64,000 nucleotides of DNA from Cryomorphaceae bacterium BACL11 MAG-121001-bin54 (GTDB lineage: Bacteria; Bacteroidota; Bacteroidia; Flavobacteriales; BACL11): contig CAJJAH010000001.1 of NCBI GenBank assembly GCA_905182255.1, positions 345,508 to 409,507 of the forward strand. Reading direction: 5' to 3'. The notes under the pieces are model-generated. The model worked only from the letters and a program-made list of their open reading frames with translations, was not told the DNA's origin and made no database searches. Positions 19,470 through 29,483 of this stretch are shown in pieces. The stretch's first letter is position 1, and every line of letters begins with the position of its first letter. The position numbers and the translations under genes are program-made.

Positions 19470-19804
19470 TGCCCTACAAAGAAAAACCAACAGAAAAGTT
19501 ATTTTATAAAATTGGTGAAGTAGCAGATATGTTTAACGTAAATGTCTCGTTAATTCGTTTTTGGGAAAAAGAGTTTGATATTTTAAAACCAAAAAAGAAT
19601 AAGAAAGGAAACCGTTTATTCACAAAAAAAGATGTGGACAATATGAATATAATCTTTCATTTAGTAAAAGAAAGAGGATTCACCCTAGAAGGAGCAAGGC
19701 AAAAATTGAAAGAAAATAAAGAAGACACAATCAATAATATTGAACTTGTTAATCACCTAAAAGACATTAGAGGTTTTCTAGTAAGACTAAGAGAAGAGCT
19801 TTAG
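19469..19804 (+). CDS. MerR family transcriptional regulator
   Basis: 111 aa. MerR-type HTH: YKIGEVADMFNVNVSLIRFWEKEF. Confidence 0.8.
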   Translation: MPYKEKPTEKLFYKIGEVADMFNVNVSLIRFWEKEFDILKPKKNKKGNRLFTKKDVDNMNIIFHLVKERGFTLEGARQKLKENKEDTINNIELVNHLKDIRGFLVRLREEL

Positions 19805-20766
19805 TAATAGCTTTTATTCAATAAATAACTCTGAACATAATCTTTTACCCCTGAATCCAGATCAGTAAACGATTTGCTATATCCAGATAATATTAACTTT
19901 TTCATATTTGCCTCAGTAAAGTATTGGTACTTTTCCCTAATATCATCAGGGGTATCAATATAAGAAATTACACTCTCTTTACCTAAAGCCTTAAAAGTAG
20001 CATTCACTAAAGCATTAAACGAACTTGCTTTGCCACTACCTAAATTGTAAAGGCCGTTTGCCTTTTTCTCTCGCATCATAAAAGTAAGTACTTCCACAAC
20101 ATCTTTCACATATACAAAATCGCGCAACTGCTCTCCGTCCTTGTATTGAGGGTTATGTGATCGGAATAACCTCATTACACCAGTTTCATTAATTTGTTTT
20201 ACCGCATGAAAAATAACTGAAGCCATTCTGTTCTTATGAAACTCATTAGGTCCATAAACATTGAAGAATTTAAATCCAGCCCAAAATGGGGGGAATGATT
20301 CTTGTTTTAAAGCCCATTTATCAAAATTATTTTTTGAATCTCCATATGGATTTAAAGGGATGAGCTTTTCAACTACTTCATGACTATCAACAAAACCGAA
20401 CTCTCCCATACCGTAAGTAGCTGCTGATGATGCATAAACAAAAGGAATTTTATATTGCACACAAATTTTCCATAGATCTTTGGAATAATTAAGATTCAAC
20501 TCATCAAATATGGCAACATCAAATTCTGTAGTATCTGTACGGGCACCAATATGATAAACTTCTGAAATAATACTTGCATTTTCTTTTAACCAATCAACAA
20601 AAATATTTCTTTCCACTTGAGCTAAGAATTGCTTTCCTGTTAAATTTTTATTTTTCTCTGAATTGGAAAAATCATCTACTAATACCAAATTAGTTTTTCC
20701 TAAATCATTTAGTTTACTCACTAAACATGAACCAATAAATCCTGCTGCGCCTGTAACAATTATCAT
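19801..20766 (-). CDS. hldD: ADP-L-glycero-D-manno-heptose 6-epimerase (SDR family)
   Basis: MIIVTGAAGFIGS Rossmann start, YASSAATYG, YGDSK. I prefer the ATG at 20766 because the track's 5-codon extension (to 20781) contains the predicted -7 box. Confidence 0.8.
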   Translation of the reverse strand: MIIVTGAAGFIGSCLVSKLNDLGKTNLVLVDDFSNSEKNKNLTGKQFLAQVERNIFVDWLKENASIISEVYHIGARTDTTEFDVAIFDELNLNYSKDLWKICVQYKIPFVYASSAATYGMGEFGFVDSHEVVEKLIPLNPYGDSKNNFDKWALKQESFPPFWAGFKFFNVYGPNEFHKNRMASVIFHAVKQINETGVMRLFRSHNPQYKDGEQLRDFVYVKDVVEVLTFMMREKKANGLYNLGSGKASSFNALVNATFKALGKESVISYIDTPDDIREKYQYFTEANMKKLILSGYSKSFTDLDSGVKDYVQSYLLNKSYY

Positions 20767-20770
20767 ATGA

Positions 20771-20778
20771 CAAAAGTA
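20771..20778 (-). promoter_or_regulatory. Putative -7 box (TAnnTTTG) 4 nt upstream of the hldD ATG
   Basis: Minus-strand TACTTTTG, then tcat, then ATG (20766). It forms an inverted repeat with the box at 20791. Confidence 0.45.
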
Positions 20779-20790
20779 CATAAAAAACCA

Positions 20791-20798
20791 TACTTTTG
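20791..20798 (+). promoter_or_regulatory. Putative -7 box (TAnnTTTG) 5 nt upstream of the ATG at 20804
   Basis: TACTTTTG, then tactg, then ATG. Confidence 0.45.
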
Positions 20799-20803
20799 TA
20801 CTG

Positions 20804-21136
20804 ATGGATAAAGGACAGCTAAAAGCGGTACAACAAAAATTATTGAATGAAATAGAAGTTACTCAGCACAAAATAACTGAGTATACTGAACTTTGCAAAC
20901 CCATTGCCCCTGAAAACGCAATTGGAAGGATTTCAAGAATGGATGCGATCAATAACAAAAGTGTTGTTGAAGCAGCTCTAAGGCAAGCAAAAAATAAAAT
21001 GCAGCAACTAAAAATCATGCAAACCAAAATTACTGATACTGATTTTGGCTCTTGTATCAAATGCAAAAAACACATTCCTTTGGGAAGACTAATGATTCGT
21101 CCTCACAGTAAATTTTGTGTGAATTGTGCGCAATAA
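20804..21136 (+). CDS. TraR/DksA family C4-type zinc-finger protein
   Basis: 110 aa. Coiled-coil N-terminal half and CIKC-x18-CVNC zinc finger. Confidence 0.8.
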   Translation: MDKGQLKAVQQKLLNEIEVTQHKITEYTELCKPIAPENAIGRISRMDAINNKSVVEAALRQAKNKMQQLKIMQTKITDTDFGSCIKCKKHIPLGRLMIRPHSKFCVNCAQ

Positions 21137-21153
21137 AATGTACTTTTGAACCC

Positions 21154-21939
21154 ATGAAATCATTGCAATTAATTTTTAGATACATCACTTATCTTTTCAA
21201 AGCTAAAAACAAACATATAGCACAAGCGCCTTTCCTTTACGAGCTAATTACACAAGTAATTGACAAAACAACGGATGATAACTCTTGCAAAAATATTGAA
21301 ACCCTAAGAAAAGAGTTATGTACACAAGAAAGAACAATTAAAATTAATGATTTTGGAGCAGGAAGCAACATTAATAATTCCAAAACAAGAAAAGTAAAAG
21401 ATGTCGCTAAAAATTCAGCTAAAAATGCAAAATTTGGAAAACTACTCTACCGAATTATTCAATTTTACAAACCCAAAAACATCCTTGAACTAGGTACTTC
21501 ATTAGGAATAAGCACTTCTTACTTAGCAAAAGCAGATGCTAATGCACACGTATTCACATTTGAGGGCTGTCCAGAAACAGCAAAAATTGCAGAAGAAAAT
21601 TTTAAAAAGCAAAATATAAAAAACACCTCAATTACTTTAGGTGATTTCAATTTAACACTTACTGAAAAGTTAAAAGAAATAAAAACTATTGATTTAGCTT
21701 TTATTGATGGCAATCATCAAGAAAAACCAACTGTAGATTATTTTGAAAAATGCTTAAAATATGCAAACAACAATACTATTTTTATTTTTGATGACATCCA
21801 TTGGTCTGATGGCATGGAAAATGCATGGAAATATATTAAGGCAAACACTAGTACTACTTTAACAATTGATTTGTTTTTTGTGGGAATTGTGTTTGTTAAA
21901 TCAGAATTAAGTAAAGAAGATTTTACAATTCGCTTTTAA
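21154..21939 (+). CDS. Class I SAM-dependent (O-)methyltransferase
   Basis: ILELGTSLGISTSYLA SAM-binding motif and FIDGNH. The ATG at 21154 is preferred because it avoids overlap with the upstream zinc-finger gene. Confidence 0.75.
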   Translation: MKSLQLIFRYITYLFKAKNKHIAQAPFLYELITQVIDKTTDDNSCKNIETLRKELCTQERTIKINDFGAGSNINNSKTRKVKDVAKNSAKNAKFGKLLYRIIQFYKPKNILELGTSLGISTSYLAKADANAHVFTFEGCPETAKIAEENFKKQNIKNTSITLGDFNLTLTEKLKEIKTIDLAFIDGNHQEKPTVDYFEKCLKYANNNTIFIFDDIHWSDGMENAWKYIKANTSTTLTIDLFFVGIVFVKSELSKEDFTIRF

Positions 21940-21945
21940 ATTATT

Positions 21946-22491
21946 ATGAAAATTTATACTAAAAAAGGAGATAAAGGAAAAACTCAATTACTGGGAGGGA
22001 GCATGGTTAATAAAAACCATATTAAGCTAGAATGTTATGGGACAATTGACGAGTTAAATGCATTTATTGGAAATATTTACGACCAAGACATCAAAACTTT
22101 CCATAAGGATATATTATTTAACATTCAAAATCAGCTTTTTAATTTGGGCTCGATTATTTCTTTTGATGGAAAAAAAGATAGTATAAAATTACCTAATGTA
22201 AAACTTCAAGATGTTGAAATAATGGAAAAAGCAATTGATGAAATGGAAGAAACGCTTCCTATGTTGAAAAACTTTATTCTTCCATCAGGGCATGATTCAG
22301 CTTCAAAATGTCATATTGCACGAACAATATGTAGACGTGCTGAAAGAAATTTAGTTGCTCTTGGACAGCATCAAGAAATAGATCCTTTACACATACAGTA
22401 TCTCAACAGATTATCTGATTATTTATTTGTATTAGCACGCGCTGTTCTGAAAGAAAATAATGCAACAGAAATTGAATGGCAAAAAGATTAA
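21946..22491 (+). CDS. ATP:cob(I)alamin adenosyltransferase, PduO/MMAB type
   Basis: 181 aa. MKIYTKKGDKGKT.L start and the conserved helical bundle (ARTICRRAER). Confidence 0.85.
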   Translation: MKIYTKKGDKGKTQLLGGSMVNKNHIKLECYGTIDELNAFIGNIYDQDIKTFHKDILFNIQNQLFNLGSIISFDGKKDSIKLPNVKLQDVEIMEKAIDEMEETLPMLKNFILPSGHDSASKCHIARTICRRAERNLVALGQHQEIDPLHIQYLNRLSDYLFVLARAVLKENNATEIEWQKD

Positions 22492-22520
22492 TAAATTCAC
22501 CTTCAATTCAATAAAAAATA

Positions 22521-22528
22521 TATTTTTG
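22521..22528 (+). promoter_or_regulatory. Putative -7 box (TAnnTTTG)
   Basis: TATTTTTG, 22 nt upstream of the ATG at 22551. Confidence 0.45.
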
Positions 22529-22550
22529 CAAAAGATTAAAACAAATTAAA

Positions 22551-22778
22551 ATGTATTGGACTTTAGAATTAGCATCAAAACTAGAAGATGCACCTTGGCC
22601 AGCAACAAAGGATGAGTTGATTGATTTTGCAATCCGTTCAGGAGCCCCAATGGAAGTAGTTGAAAATTTGCAAGAACTGGTGGAGGAAGAATCAGGAATG
22701 CAATGGGATACTATTGAAGACATTTGGCCGGATTATCCTACAAAAGACGACTTCTTTTTCAATGAAGATGAGTATTAA
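22551..22778 (+). CDS. DUF2795 domain-containing protein
   Basis: 75 aa. The pattern PWPATKDELIDFAIRSGAP.EVVENLQEL matches my memory of DUF2795. Confidence 0.65.
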   Translation: MYWTLELASKLEDAPWPATKDELIDFAIRSGAPMEVVENLQELVEEESGMQWDTIEDIWPDYPTKDDFFFNEDEY

Positions 22779-22780
22779 AT

Positions 22781-22808
22781 AAAAGGGCTGAATTTCAGCC
22801 TTTTTTTA
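22781..22808 (+). terminator. Rho-independent terminator
   Basis: aaaaGGGCTG-aattt-CAGCCT followed by TTTTTTT, directly after the stop at 22778. Confidence 0.7.
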
Positions 22809-22809
22809 T

Positions 22810-22840
22810 TTTGTATACTCTTGTAATAAAAGTACATTTG
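22810..22840 (+). promoter_or_regulatory. Putative Bacteroidota promoter for secA (-33 TTTG, -7 TAnnTTTG)
   Basis: TTTG (22810..22813), 19 nt spacer, TACATTTG (22833..22840). ATG at 22864. Confidence 0.55.
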
Positions 22841-22863
22841 TTTATCTTATATAATTAGAATAC

Positions 22864-25800
22864 ATGGCAGGATTATTAAATATTATCAGCAAATTATTTG
22901 GCAACAAATACGATAAGGACGTAAAAGAAATTACGCCTATTATCGAAAAAATTAATTTCGAGTTTAGTAAATTAAGCACTTTAACTAATGATGATTTAAG
23001 AGAGAAAACCAGCGATTTTAAAAACCAAATTACTGATTTTACTATTAATGAAAAACAAGAAATAGAAGATTTAAAGAAAGAAGCAAATCTAGCAACAACA
23101 CCAACTGATGAGAAAGAAGGTTTGTACAAAAAGATTGACTCCCTTGAGGAGTTAATCATCAGTAAAACAGAAGAAGTATTAAACCTTATTTTGCCACAAG
23201 CCTTTGCTGTAGTGAAAGAAACTGCAAAACGATTTGCTGAAAATGATGAAGTAATCGTTACCGCAACACAAAACGACAAAGAACTAGCTGCCACAAAAGA
23301 TTTTGTAAGCATAACAGCTGAGAATGCATCCTATAAAACATCATGGGATGCTGCTGGGACAGAAATTGTTTGGGATATGATTCACTATGATGTTCAGTTA
23401 ATCGGTGGTGTTGTATTACACGAAGGGAAAATTGCTGAGATGCAAACTGGAGAGGGTAAAACGCTATCCGCCACCCTACCTATTTACCTAAATGCCTTAA
23501 CGGGACTAGGTGTTCACTTAGTTACTGTGAATAATTACTTAGCTAAAAGGGATGCTCAGTGGATGGGGCCTTTATTCCAATTTCATGGATTAAGTATTGA
23601 TTGTATTGATAATCATCAACCAAATTCGGATGAAAGAAGAAAAGCATATTTAGCTGACATTACTTATGGAACTAATAATGAGTTTGGATTTGATTATCTA
23701 AGGGATAATATGGCAAAAAGGTCAGGAGATTTAGTACAAAGAAAACTCCATTATTCGATTGTTGATGAGGTGGATTCGGTATTAATTGATGATGCACGTA
23801 CACCATTAATTATTTCAGGACCAACACCACAGGGAGATAAACACGAATATAATGAGTTTAAACATAAAGTTGACAAATTAGTTGCTGCACAAAGAAAATA
23901 TGTAACCACCATATTAGCTGATGCTAAAAAACTAATAACTGAGGGAAATAACAAAGATGGAGGATTTAACTTATTGAGAGTTTTTAGAGGATTACCTAGA
24001 AACAAAGCACTAATTAAATACTTAAGTGAGGATGGAGTAAAAATCCAATTACAAAAGACGGAAAACTACTACATGCAAGACCAAAATAAGGAAATGCATC
24101 TAGTAGATGAAGAACTTTATTTTGTGATAGATGAGAAATCAAATTCTATAGAATTGACTGAAAAAGGCTTGGAATTAATGACAAGTTCCACTGAAGACAA
24201 GGACTTTTTTATACTCCCTGATGTTGGTGCTGAAATTGCTGTTATTGAGAAATCAGAGAAAAAAGATACCGATAAAGCAAGCGAAAAAGATATATTATTG
24301 CGTGACTTTGGGATAAAAAGTGAACGTATACATACTATTAACCAACTTCTAAAAGCCTATACTCTTTTTGAAAAAGATATTGAATATGTAGTGATGGATA
24401 ATAAGGTGAAAATTGTTGATGAACAAACGGGTCGTATCATGGATGGCAGAAGATATTCTGATGGATTACACCAAGCTATTGAGGCAAAAGAGAACGTAAA
24501 GATTGAGGCAGCTACTCAAACATACGCTACTGTCACATTACAGAATTATTTCAGAATGTACAACAAGATTGCTGGAATGACAGGTACAGCAGAAACTGAA
24601 GCTGGTGAATTTTGGGAAATATATAAACTAGATGTAGTTGCAATTCCAACAAATCGTCCTTTACAAAGGGATGATAAAGATGATTTGGTATTTAAAACAA
24701 ACAGAGAGAAATACAATGCTGTAATTGAAGATATTATTAAACTTACTGAGCTAGGCAGACCCATATTAGTTGGAACAACATCAGTTGAGATTTCAGAACT
24801 ACTTAGTACTATCCTTAGAAAAAGAGGAGTAAAGCATAATGTCCTAAATGCAAAGATGCACCAAAGAGAAGCGGATATTGTTGCGGAAGCAGGTAAAGCT
24901 GGAGGAGTAACTATTGCAACCAACATGGCGGGAAGGGGAACCGATATTAAGCTTGCAGCAGAAGTAAAAACAGCTGGAGGATTAGCAATAATTGGAACTG
25001 AAAGACATGATTCAAGAAGGGTAGATAGGCAGTTAAGAGGACGTGCAGGAAGACAAGGTGATCCTGGTTCATCTCAATTTTATGTTTCGCTTGAAGATAA
25101 ATTAATGCGACTGTTTGGTTCAGAAAGAATTGCCAAACTAATGGACAGAATGGGACTTGAAGAAGGAGAAGTTATTCAACATTCTATGGTAAGTAAGTCC
25201 ATAGAGCGTGCCCAAAAGAAAGTAGAGGAAAACAATTTTGGAGTTAGAAAAAGATTACTAGAATATGATGATGTAATGAACCAACAAAGGGAGGTGATTT
25301 ACAAAAAGAGAAAACATGCCCTGCATGGTGACCGTTTGTCATTAGATGTTGCAAATATGATATATGACACTTGCGAAAACATAGTGGAGGAATTACAAGC
25401 AAATAAAGAATATGAAAACTTTAAACTTGAATTGATTCGTTTGTTAGCTACAGAATCTCCTGTAAGCGAAGAAGAGTTTAAGGATAACTCAATAGAAGTT
25501 TTAACAGAGAAAGTATATGAAAACTGCTATAAAAGCTACCAAGCAAAATCATCAGCTATAGCAAGCCAGGCTTACCCAGTTATTAAAGATGTTTTCGAAA
25601 ATCAATCAGCAACCTACGAAAACATTGTTATTCCGTTTACTGATGGTTTAAAAACTTTACAAGTAGTAACTAACCTGAAAGAAGCACACGATTCGGAAGG
25701 GGGAAACATTGCAGAAGCTATTGAAAAAAGTGTAACTCTTGCAATTATTGACGATATTTGGAAAGAGCATTTACGCGAAATGGATGATTTGAAACAAGCG

Positions 25801-26133
25801 GTACAAACTGCAAGTTATGAGCAGAAAGATCCACTTTTAATTTACAAATTTGAATCTTTCAATTTGTTTAAAGCATTAATTAACAAAGTAAATAAAGATA
25901 TTGTTTCTTTCTTAATTAAGGCAGGCTTACCTACACAATCAGCAGTGCAAGAGGATAGGCACAGGGCTGAAAATCATCAAACAAGCCGACCGGAAAATTC
26001 AGGAAACACGCCTCAGCAAGCAGGAAAACCAAAGCCAAAAGCACAACCGATAAGAGCTGAAGAAAAAGTAGAGCGGAATGCTCCCTGTCCATGTGGGAGC
26101 GGGAAGAAATTCAAGAAATGTCATGGGAAATAA
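22864..26133 (+). CDS. secA: Preprotein translocase subunit SecA
   Basis: 1089 aa. Walker A MQTGEGKT, DEAD-like DEVDS, TNMAGRGTDI, and a C-terminal zinc-binding CPCGSGKKFKKCHG. Confidence 0.97.
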   Translation: MAGLLNIISKLFGNKYDKDVKEITPIIEKINFEFSKLSTLTNDDLREKTSDFKNQITDFTINEKQEIEDLKKEANLATTPTDEKEGLYKKIDSLEELIISKTEEVLNLILPQAFAVVKETAKRFAENDEVIVTATQNDKELAATKDFVSITAENASYKTSWDAAGTEIVWDMIHYDVQLIGGVVLHEGKIAEMQTGEGKTLSATLPIYLNALTGLGVHLVTVNNYLAKRDAQWMGPLFQFHGLSIDCIDNHQPNSDERRKAYLADITYGTNNEFGFDYLRDNMAKRSGDLVQRKLHYSIVDEVDSVLIDDARTPLIISGPTPQGDKHEYNEFKHKVDKLVAAQRKYVTTILADAKKLITEGNNKDGGFNLLRVFRGLPRNKALIKYLSEDGVKIQLQKTENYYMQDQNKEMHLVDEELYFVIDEKSNSIELTEKGLELMTSSTEDKDFFILPDVGAEIAVIEKSEKKDTDKASEKDILLRDFGIKSERIHTINQLLKAYTLFEKDIEYVVMDNKVKIVDEQTGRIMDGRRYSDGLHQAIEAKENVKIEAATQTYATVTLQNYFRMYNKIAGMTGTAETEAGEFWEIYKLDVVAIPTNRPLQRDDKDDLVFKTNREKYNAVIEDIIKLTELGRPILVGTTSVEISELLSTILRKRGVKHNVLNAKMHQREADIVAEAGKAGGVTIATNMAGRGTDIKLAAEVKTAGGLAIIGTERHDSRRVDRQLRGRAGRQGDPGSSQFYVSLEDKLMRLFGSERIAKLMDRMGLEEGEVIQHSMVSKSIERAQKKVEENNFGVRKRLLEYDDVMNQQREVIYKKRKHALHGDRLSLDVANMIYDTCENIVEELQANKEYENFKLELIRLLATESPVSEEEFKDNSIEVLTEKVYENCYKSYQAKSSAIASQAYPVIKDVFENQSATYENIVIPFTDGLKTLQVVTNLKEAHDSEGGNIAEAIEKSVTLAIIDDIWKEHLREMDDLKQAVQTASYEQKDPLLIYKFESFNLFKALINKVNKDIVSFLIKAGLPTQSAVQEDRHRAENHQTSRPENSGNTPQQAGKPKPKAQPIRAEEKVERNAPCPCGSGKKFKKCHGK

Positions 26134-26145
26134 AAAGTAAGAAAG

Positions 26146-27183
26146 ATGAGATACCTAATTAGAAATCTACTTTTTATCTTCTTACTAATGAATGTTACTG
26201 CTTGTAAAACTTACAGACTTATTGCTGAAAAGCAGGATACCCCAGAGCATAATTTTGATATAAATTTATCAGGAGATACACCAAACTATGCTAATCTGAA
26301 ATATTGGGTAGAGCATCCTGAAAAAGAAAATCATTACGCAAGTCTTCCAAAAAATTATATAGATTCTTCATACAAATCTGAACCTATAATAGATGTGTTT
26401 TTTGTGCATCCTACTCTTTATTTTAAAGGTAGTACATGGAATGCAGACATAAACGACAAGAAGCTAAATAAGGAAATTGGGGATGCAGCTATAAAAAATC
26501 AAGCAAGTGTTTACTTAGGCATCGCAAATATTTATGCTCCACATTATAGGCAGATGCATATTCAATCTTATTACGATTTAGAAAATGGATTACAAGCCTT
26601 TGAGGTTGCCTATTTAGATGTGAAAAATGCATTTATGTATTATTGGGAAAATTTTAATAAGGGAAATAAATTTATAATTGCTGGACATAGTCAAGGCACT
26701 AATCATACAGAAAGATTATTAAAAGAAATAATTCTTGAAAATGACAGTATGAGAAATAGACTACTTATTAGTTACTTACCAGGAATGCCAATCAAACAGT
26801 TCCATAAAGACCTACCCTCTTGCAGCTCGCCTAATCAATTGAATTGCTTTCTTTCTTGGCGAACATTAGCAGAAGGGTATTTCCCAAAAGACTGGGAAGT
26901 TTCTGACAGTATTTCATGTGTAAATCCTATTAGTTGGCAAACTGATAATTTACTTTCAAAAAAGGAAGAACATCTAGGTATTCTTTTTAAGAGTCATAAA
27001 ATACATTATCCAAATTCAATAGAAGCATATACGAAAAATGGAGTGATTTGGATTAAACCCATAAGGATTCCCTTTGCTCGTTTTTACAAAATGAAAAATT
27101 ACCATATAGCAGATTATAATTTATATTGGATAAATATTAGAAACAACCTAAGATATCGATTAAAAGAAAATGGATACAACTAA
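26146..27183 (+). CDS. DUF3089-like alpha/beta-hydrolase lipoprotein
   Basis: 345 aa. Lipoprotein-type signal (LLMNVTAC), nucleophile elbow GHSQG. Begins 12 nt after the secA stop. Confidence 0.6.
   Translation: MRYLIRNLLFIFLLMNVTACKTYRLIAEKQDTPEHNFDINLSGDTPNYANLKYWVEHPEKENHYASLPKNYIDSSYKSEPIIDVFFVHPTLYFKGSTWNADINDKKLNKEIGDAAIKNQASVYLGIANIYAPHYRQMHIQSYYDLENGLQAFEVAYLDVKNAFMYYWENFNKGNKFIIAGHSQGTNHTERLLKEIILENDSMRNRLLISYLPGMPIKQFHKDLPSCSSPNQLNCFLSWRTLAEGYFPKDWEVSDSISCVNPISWQTDNLLSKKEEHLGILFKSHKIHYPNSIEAYTKNGVIWIKPIRIPFARFYKMKNYHIADYNLYWINIRNNLRYRLKENGYN
27050..27183 (+). repeat. Direct repeat copy 1 (134 bp; 3' end of the DUF3089-like gene)
   Basis: Aligns without gaps to 29350..29483, exactly 2300 nt away. 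I count 18 mismatches in 134 positions (about 87 percent identity). Confidence 0.9.
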
Positions 27184-27351
27184 TGGATATTAATAATAAA
27201 TTAATTTTCAGAATCACAACTAGTATTTTAGTGTTAATGATAACGAGCTAATAAGCTTAAAAATACGCAATATTTTTCTTTGTTCAGCCATATACCTAGA
27301 AGCAAAATATAGTTTGTAGATTTACTTCCAAATTAATTAAAATCTATTCAA

Positions 27352-29277
27352 ATGAAAAGTTTTGTTTCAATACTTCTATTTTTATCTATTTCCATAAGTG
27401 GATACTGTCAATCTTATTGGCAACAAGAAGCTCATTACCAAATGGATATAAATTTTGATTCTGAGAATCATCGTTTTGATGGAAATCAAGAATTGACTTT
27501 CATAAACCACTCACCAGACACTTTAAAGAAGGTGTTTTATCATTTATACTTCAATGCTTTTCAACCGGGTAGCATGATGGATATACGCTCCAGAACAATA
27601 CTAGATGCTGATAAACGTGTAGGTGATAGAATTTCTAAGCTAAAAGATAATGAGGTGGGAAGACAGCAAATCATTTCTTTAAAACACAATGATGTGTCTC
27701 TAAAATTTGTACACGATAGAACTATTTTAGAGGTGTTTTTAGAAAATCAAATTCTTCCTGGAGACACTGCTATTTTTAGCATGGAATTTAAAGCTCAAGT
27801 ACCTGTACAAATCCGTCGTTCTGGAAGAATGAATAAAGAAGGTATTGACTATTCTATGTCGCAATGGTATCCTAAAATGTGTGAATACGATAAAGATGGA
27901 TGGCATACTAATCCATATGTTGGTCGTGAATTTTATGGCGTTTGGGGGTCTTTTGAAGTGAACATCAATATGGATGCAAGCTATACCATAGCAGCAACTG
28001 GAGTTTTACAAAATGCAGAAGAAATAGGACATGGGTATTCAAATACTGCTGTAGATACTACTTTAAATAGACTTACATGGAAATTTAAAGCAGATAAAGT
28101 ACATGATTTCGTTTGGGCTGCAGACCCAGAATACACACACGATATTGTAGTAAACGATAATGGACCTGACTTTCATCTCTTCTATTTAAAAGGAGAAAAA
28201 ACAAAGGAATGGGAGAATTTAGGTCCTTATATGATTGAAACGTTTGCATATGCAGATAAAAACTTCGGTAAGTATCCTTATCCTCATTACTCTATCATAC
28301 AAGGTGGAGATGGAGGAATGGAGTACCCTATGGCAACATTAATTACAGGACACAGAAATCTAAAAAGTTTGGTTGGCGTTTGTGTTCATGAAGCTATGCA
28401 CAGTTGGTATCAAGGGATGTTAGCTACAAACGAAAGTCTTTTTGCTTGGATGGATGAAGGGTTTACCTCCTATGCTTCAAACAGGATAGAGCAAAAATTA
28501 TTTCCTGAAGATTGGCCTGATACTCATGAAAGCTCTTACAAGGGCTATAAAAGAATAGCCAAAAGTAAGTACGAAGAACCATTGTGTACTCATGCCGATC
28601 ACTTTAACACAAATTGGGCTTACGGTACAGCTTCTTATTCTAAAGGGGTCGTAATACTTGACCAATTAAGCCACATTGTAGGCCAAGACATATTAGACAG
28701 ATCTCTATTGCGATACTTTAAAGAATGGAGCTTCAAACACCCTACTGCAAGCAATTTTAAAAGAATTGTTGAGAGAGAAAGTGGAATTGAACTCGATTGG
28801 TATTTTGATTATTTTGTAAATACAACCAAAACCATCGATTATGCTATTTCTGAATTTTCTTCAACTAAAAATGGAAGTATAATACTTCTTAATAAAGGTG
28901 AAATGCCAATGCCTATTGAAATAGAAGTCGTTTTAACTAATGGGGACCATCTAATGTATTACATACCTACAGTTTTAATGCGTGGCGAAAAGGAAATTGA
29001 AGCTACAACAACCCAACTTGACGACTGGGCATGGACAAACCCAACTTACAGTATCTTTTTAAAACATAAAGCATCAGAAATATTTTCAATAAATCTACAC
29101 CCAAAAGGTTCGATTGCTGACGTTGAATTACTAAACGATTATCTAATAATTCCAACAAAATGGAACTGGGATAAATACGACTTAAGACTTGAAATCGTAG
29201 AAAAAAAATATATAACTGGTTTTTTTGCTAGTGTTAGAAAAGAAAAGGTTCTGAGTCTTATAAAAATTAAAAAGTAA
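27352..29277 (+). CDS. M1 family metallopeptidase (aminopeptidase N-like), secreted
   Basis: 641 aa. Signal peptide, HEAMHSWYQG-x14-WMDEGF (HExxH plus distal E), and GGMEYPM (GAMEN-like) motif. Confidence 0.88.
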   Translation: MKSFVSILLFLSISISGYCQSYWQQEAHYQMDINFDSENHRFDGNQELTFINHSPDTLKKVFYHLYFNAFQPGSMMDIRSRTILDADKRVGDRISKLKDNEVGRQQIISLKHNDVSLKFVHDRTILEVFLENQILPGDTAIFSMEFKAQVPVQIRRSGRMNKEGIDYSMSQWYPKMCEYDKDGWHTNPYVGREFYGVWGSFEVNINMDASYTIAATGVLQNAEEIGHGYSNTAVDTTLNRLTWKFKADKVHDFVWAADPEYTHDIVVNDNGPDFHLFYLKGEKTKEWENLGPYMIETFAYADKNFGKYPYPHYSIIQGGDGGMEYPMATLITGHRNLKSLVGVCVHEAMHSWYQGMLATNESLFAWMDEGFTSYASNRIEQKLFPEDWPDTHESSYKGYKRIAKSKYEEPLCTHADHFNTNWAYGTASYSKGVVILDQLSHIVGQDILDRSLLRYFKEWSFKHPTASNFKRIVERESGIELDWYFDYFVNTTKTIDYAISEFSSTKNGSIILLNKGEMPMPIEIEVVLTNGDHLMYYIPTVLMRGEKEIEATTTQLDDWAWTNPTYSIFLKHKASEIFSINLHPKGSIADVELLNDYLIIPTKWNWDKYDLRLEIVEKKYITGFFASVRKEKVLSLIKIKK

Positions 29278-29288
29278 GTAACCTACAT

Positions 29289-29483
29289 ATGAGAGAAAAT
29301 CCTCTTATTTCTTCTTTTGCATTGCATAAACTTCCAATACACCTTTATCGGATAAAACCCATAAAAATTCCTTTTGCCCGTTTCTACCGTATGAAAGACT
29401 ATCATATTGCTGACTATAATTTATATTGGATAAACATTAGAAACAACCTGAGATACCGATTAAAAGAAAATGGATACAACTAA
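29289..29483 (+). pseudogene. Remnant of a DUF3089-like gene 3' end (64-aa ORF), overlapping the tag start
   Basis: The last 43 aa (IKPIKIPFARFYRMKDYHIADYNLYWINIRNNLRYRLKENGYN) differ at 3 positions from the C-terminus of the 26146..27183 product. No N-terminal 280 aa is present. Confidence 0.75.
29350..29483 (+). repeat. Direct repeat copy 2 (134 bp)
   Basis: See 27050..27183. It is immediately preceded by a 24-mer (29334..29357) that is identical to 29891..29914 inside tag. Confidence 0.9.

Noticed and set aside
29289-29483. The 64-aa ORF as a genuine small protein gene.
   Set aside because: Its C-terminal two thirds duplicate the C-terminus of the 345-aa DUF3089-like protein, and the N-terminal 280 aa are missing. 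It is best explained as a gene remnant.
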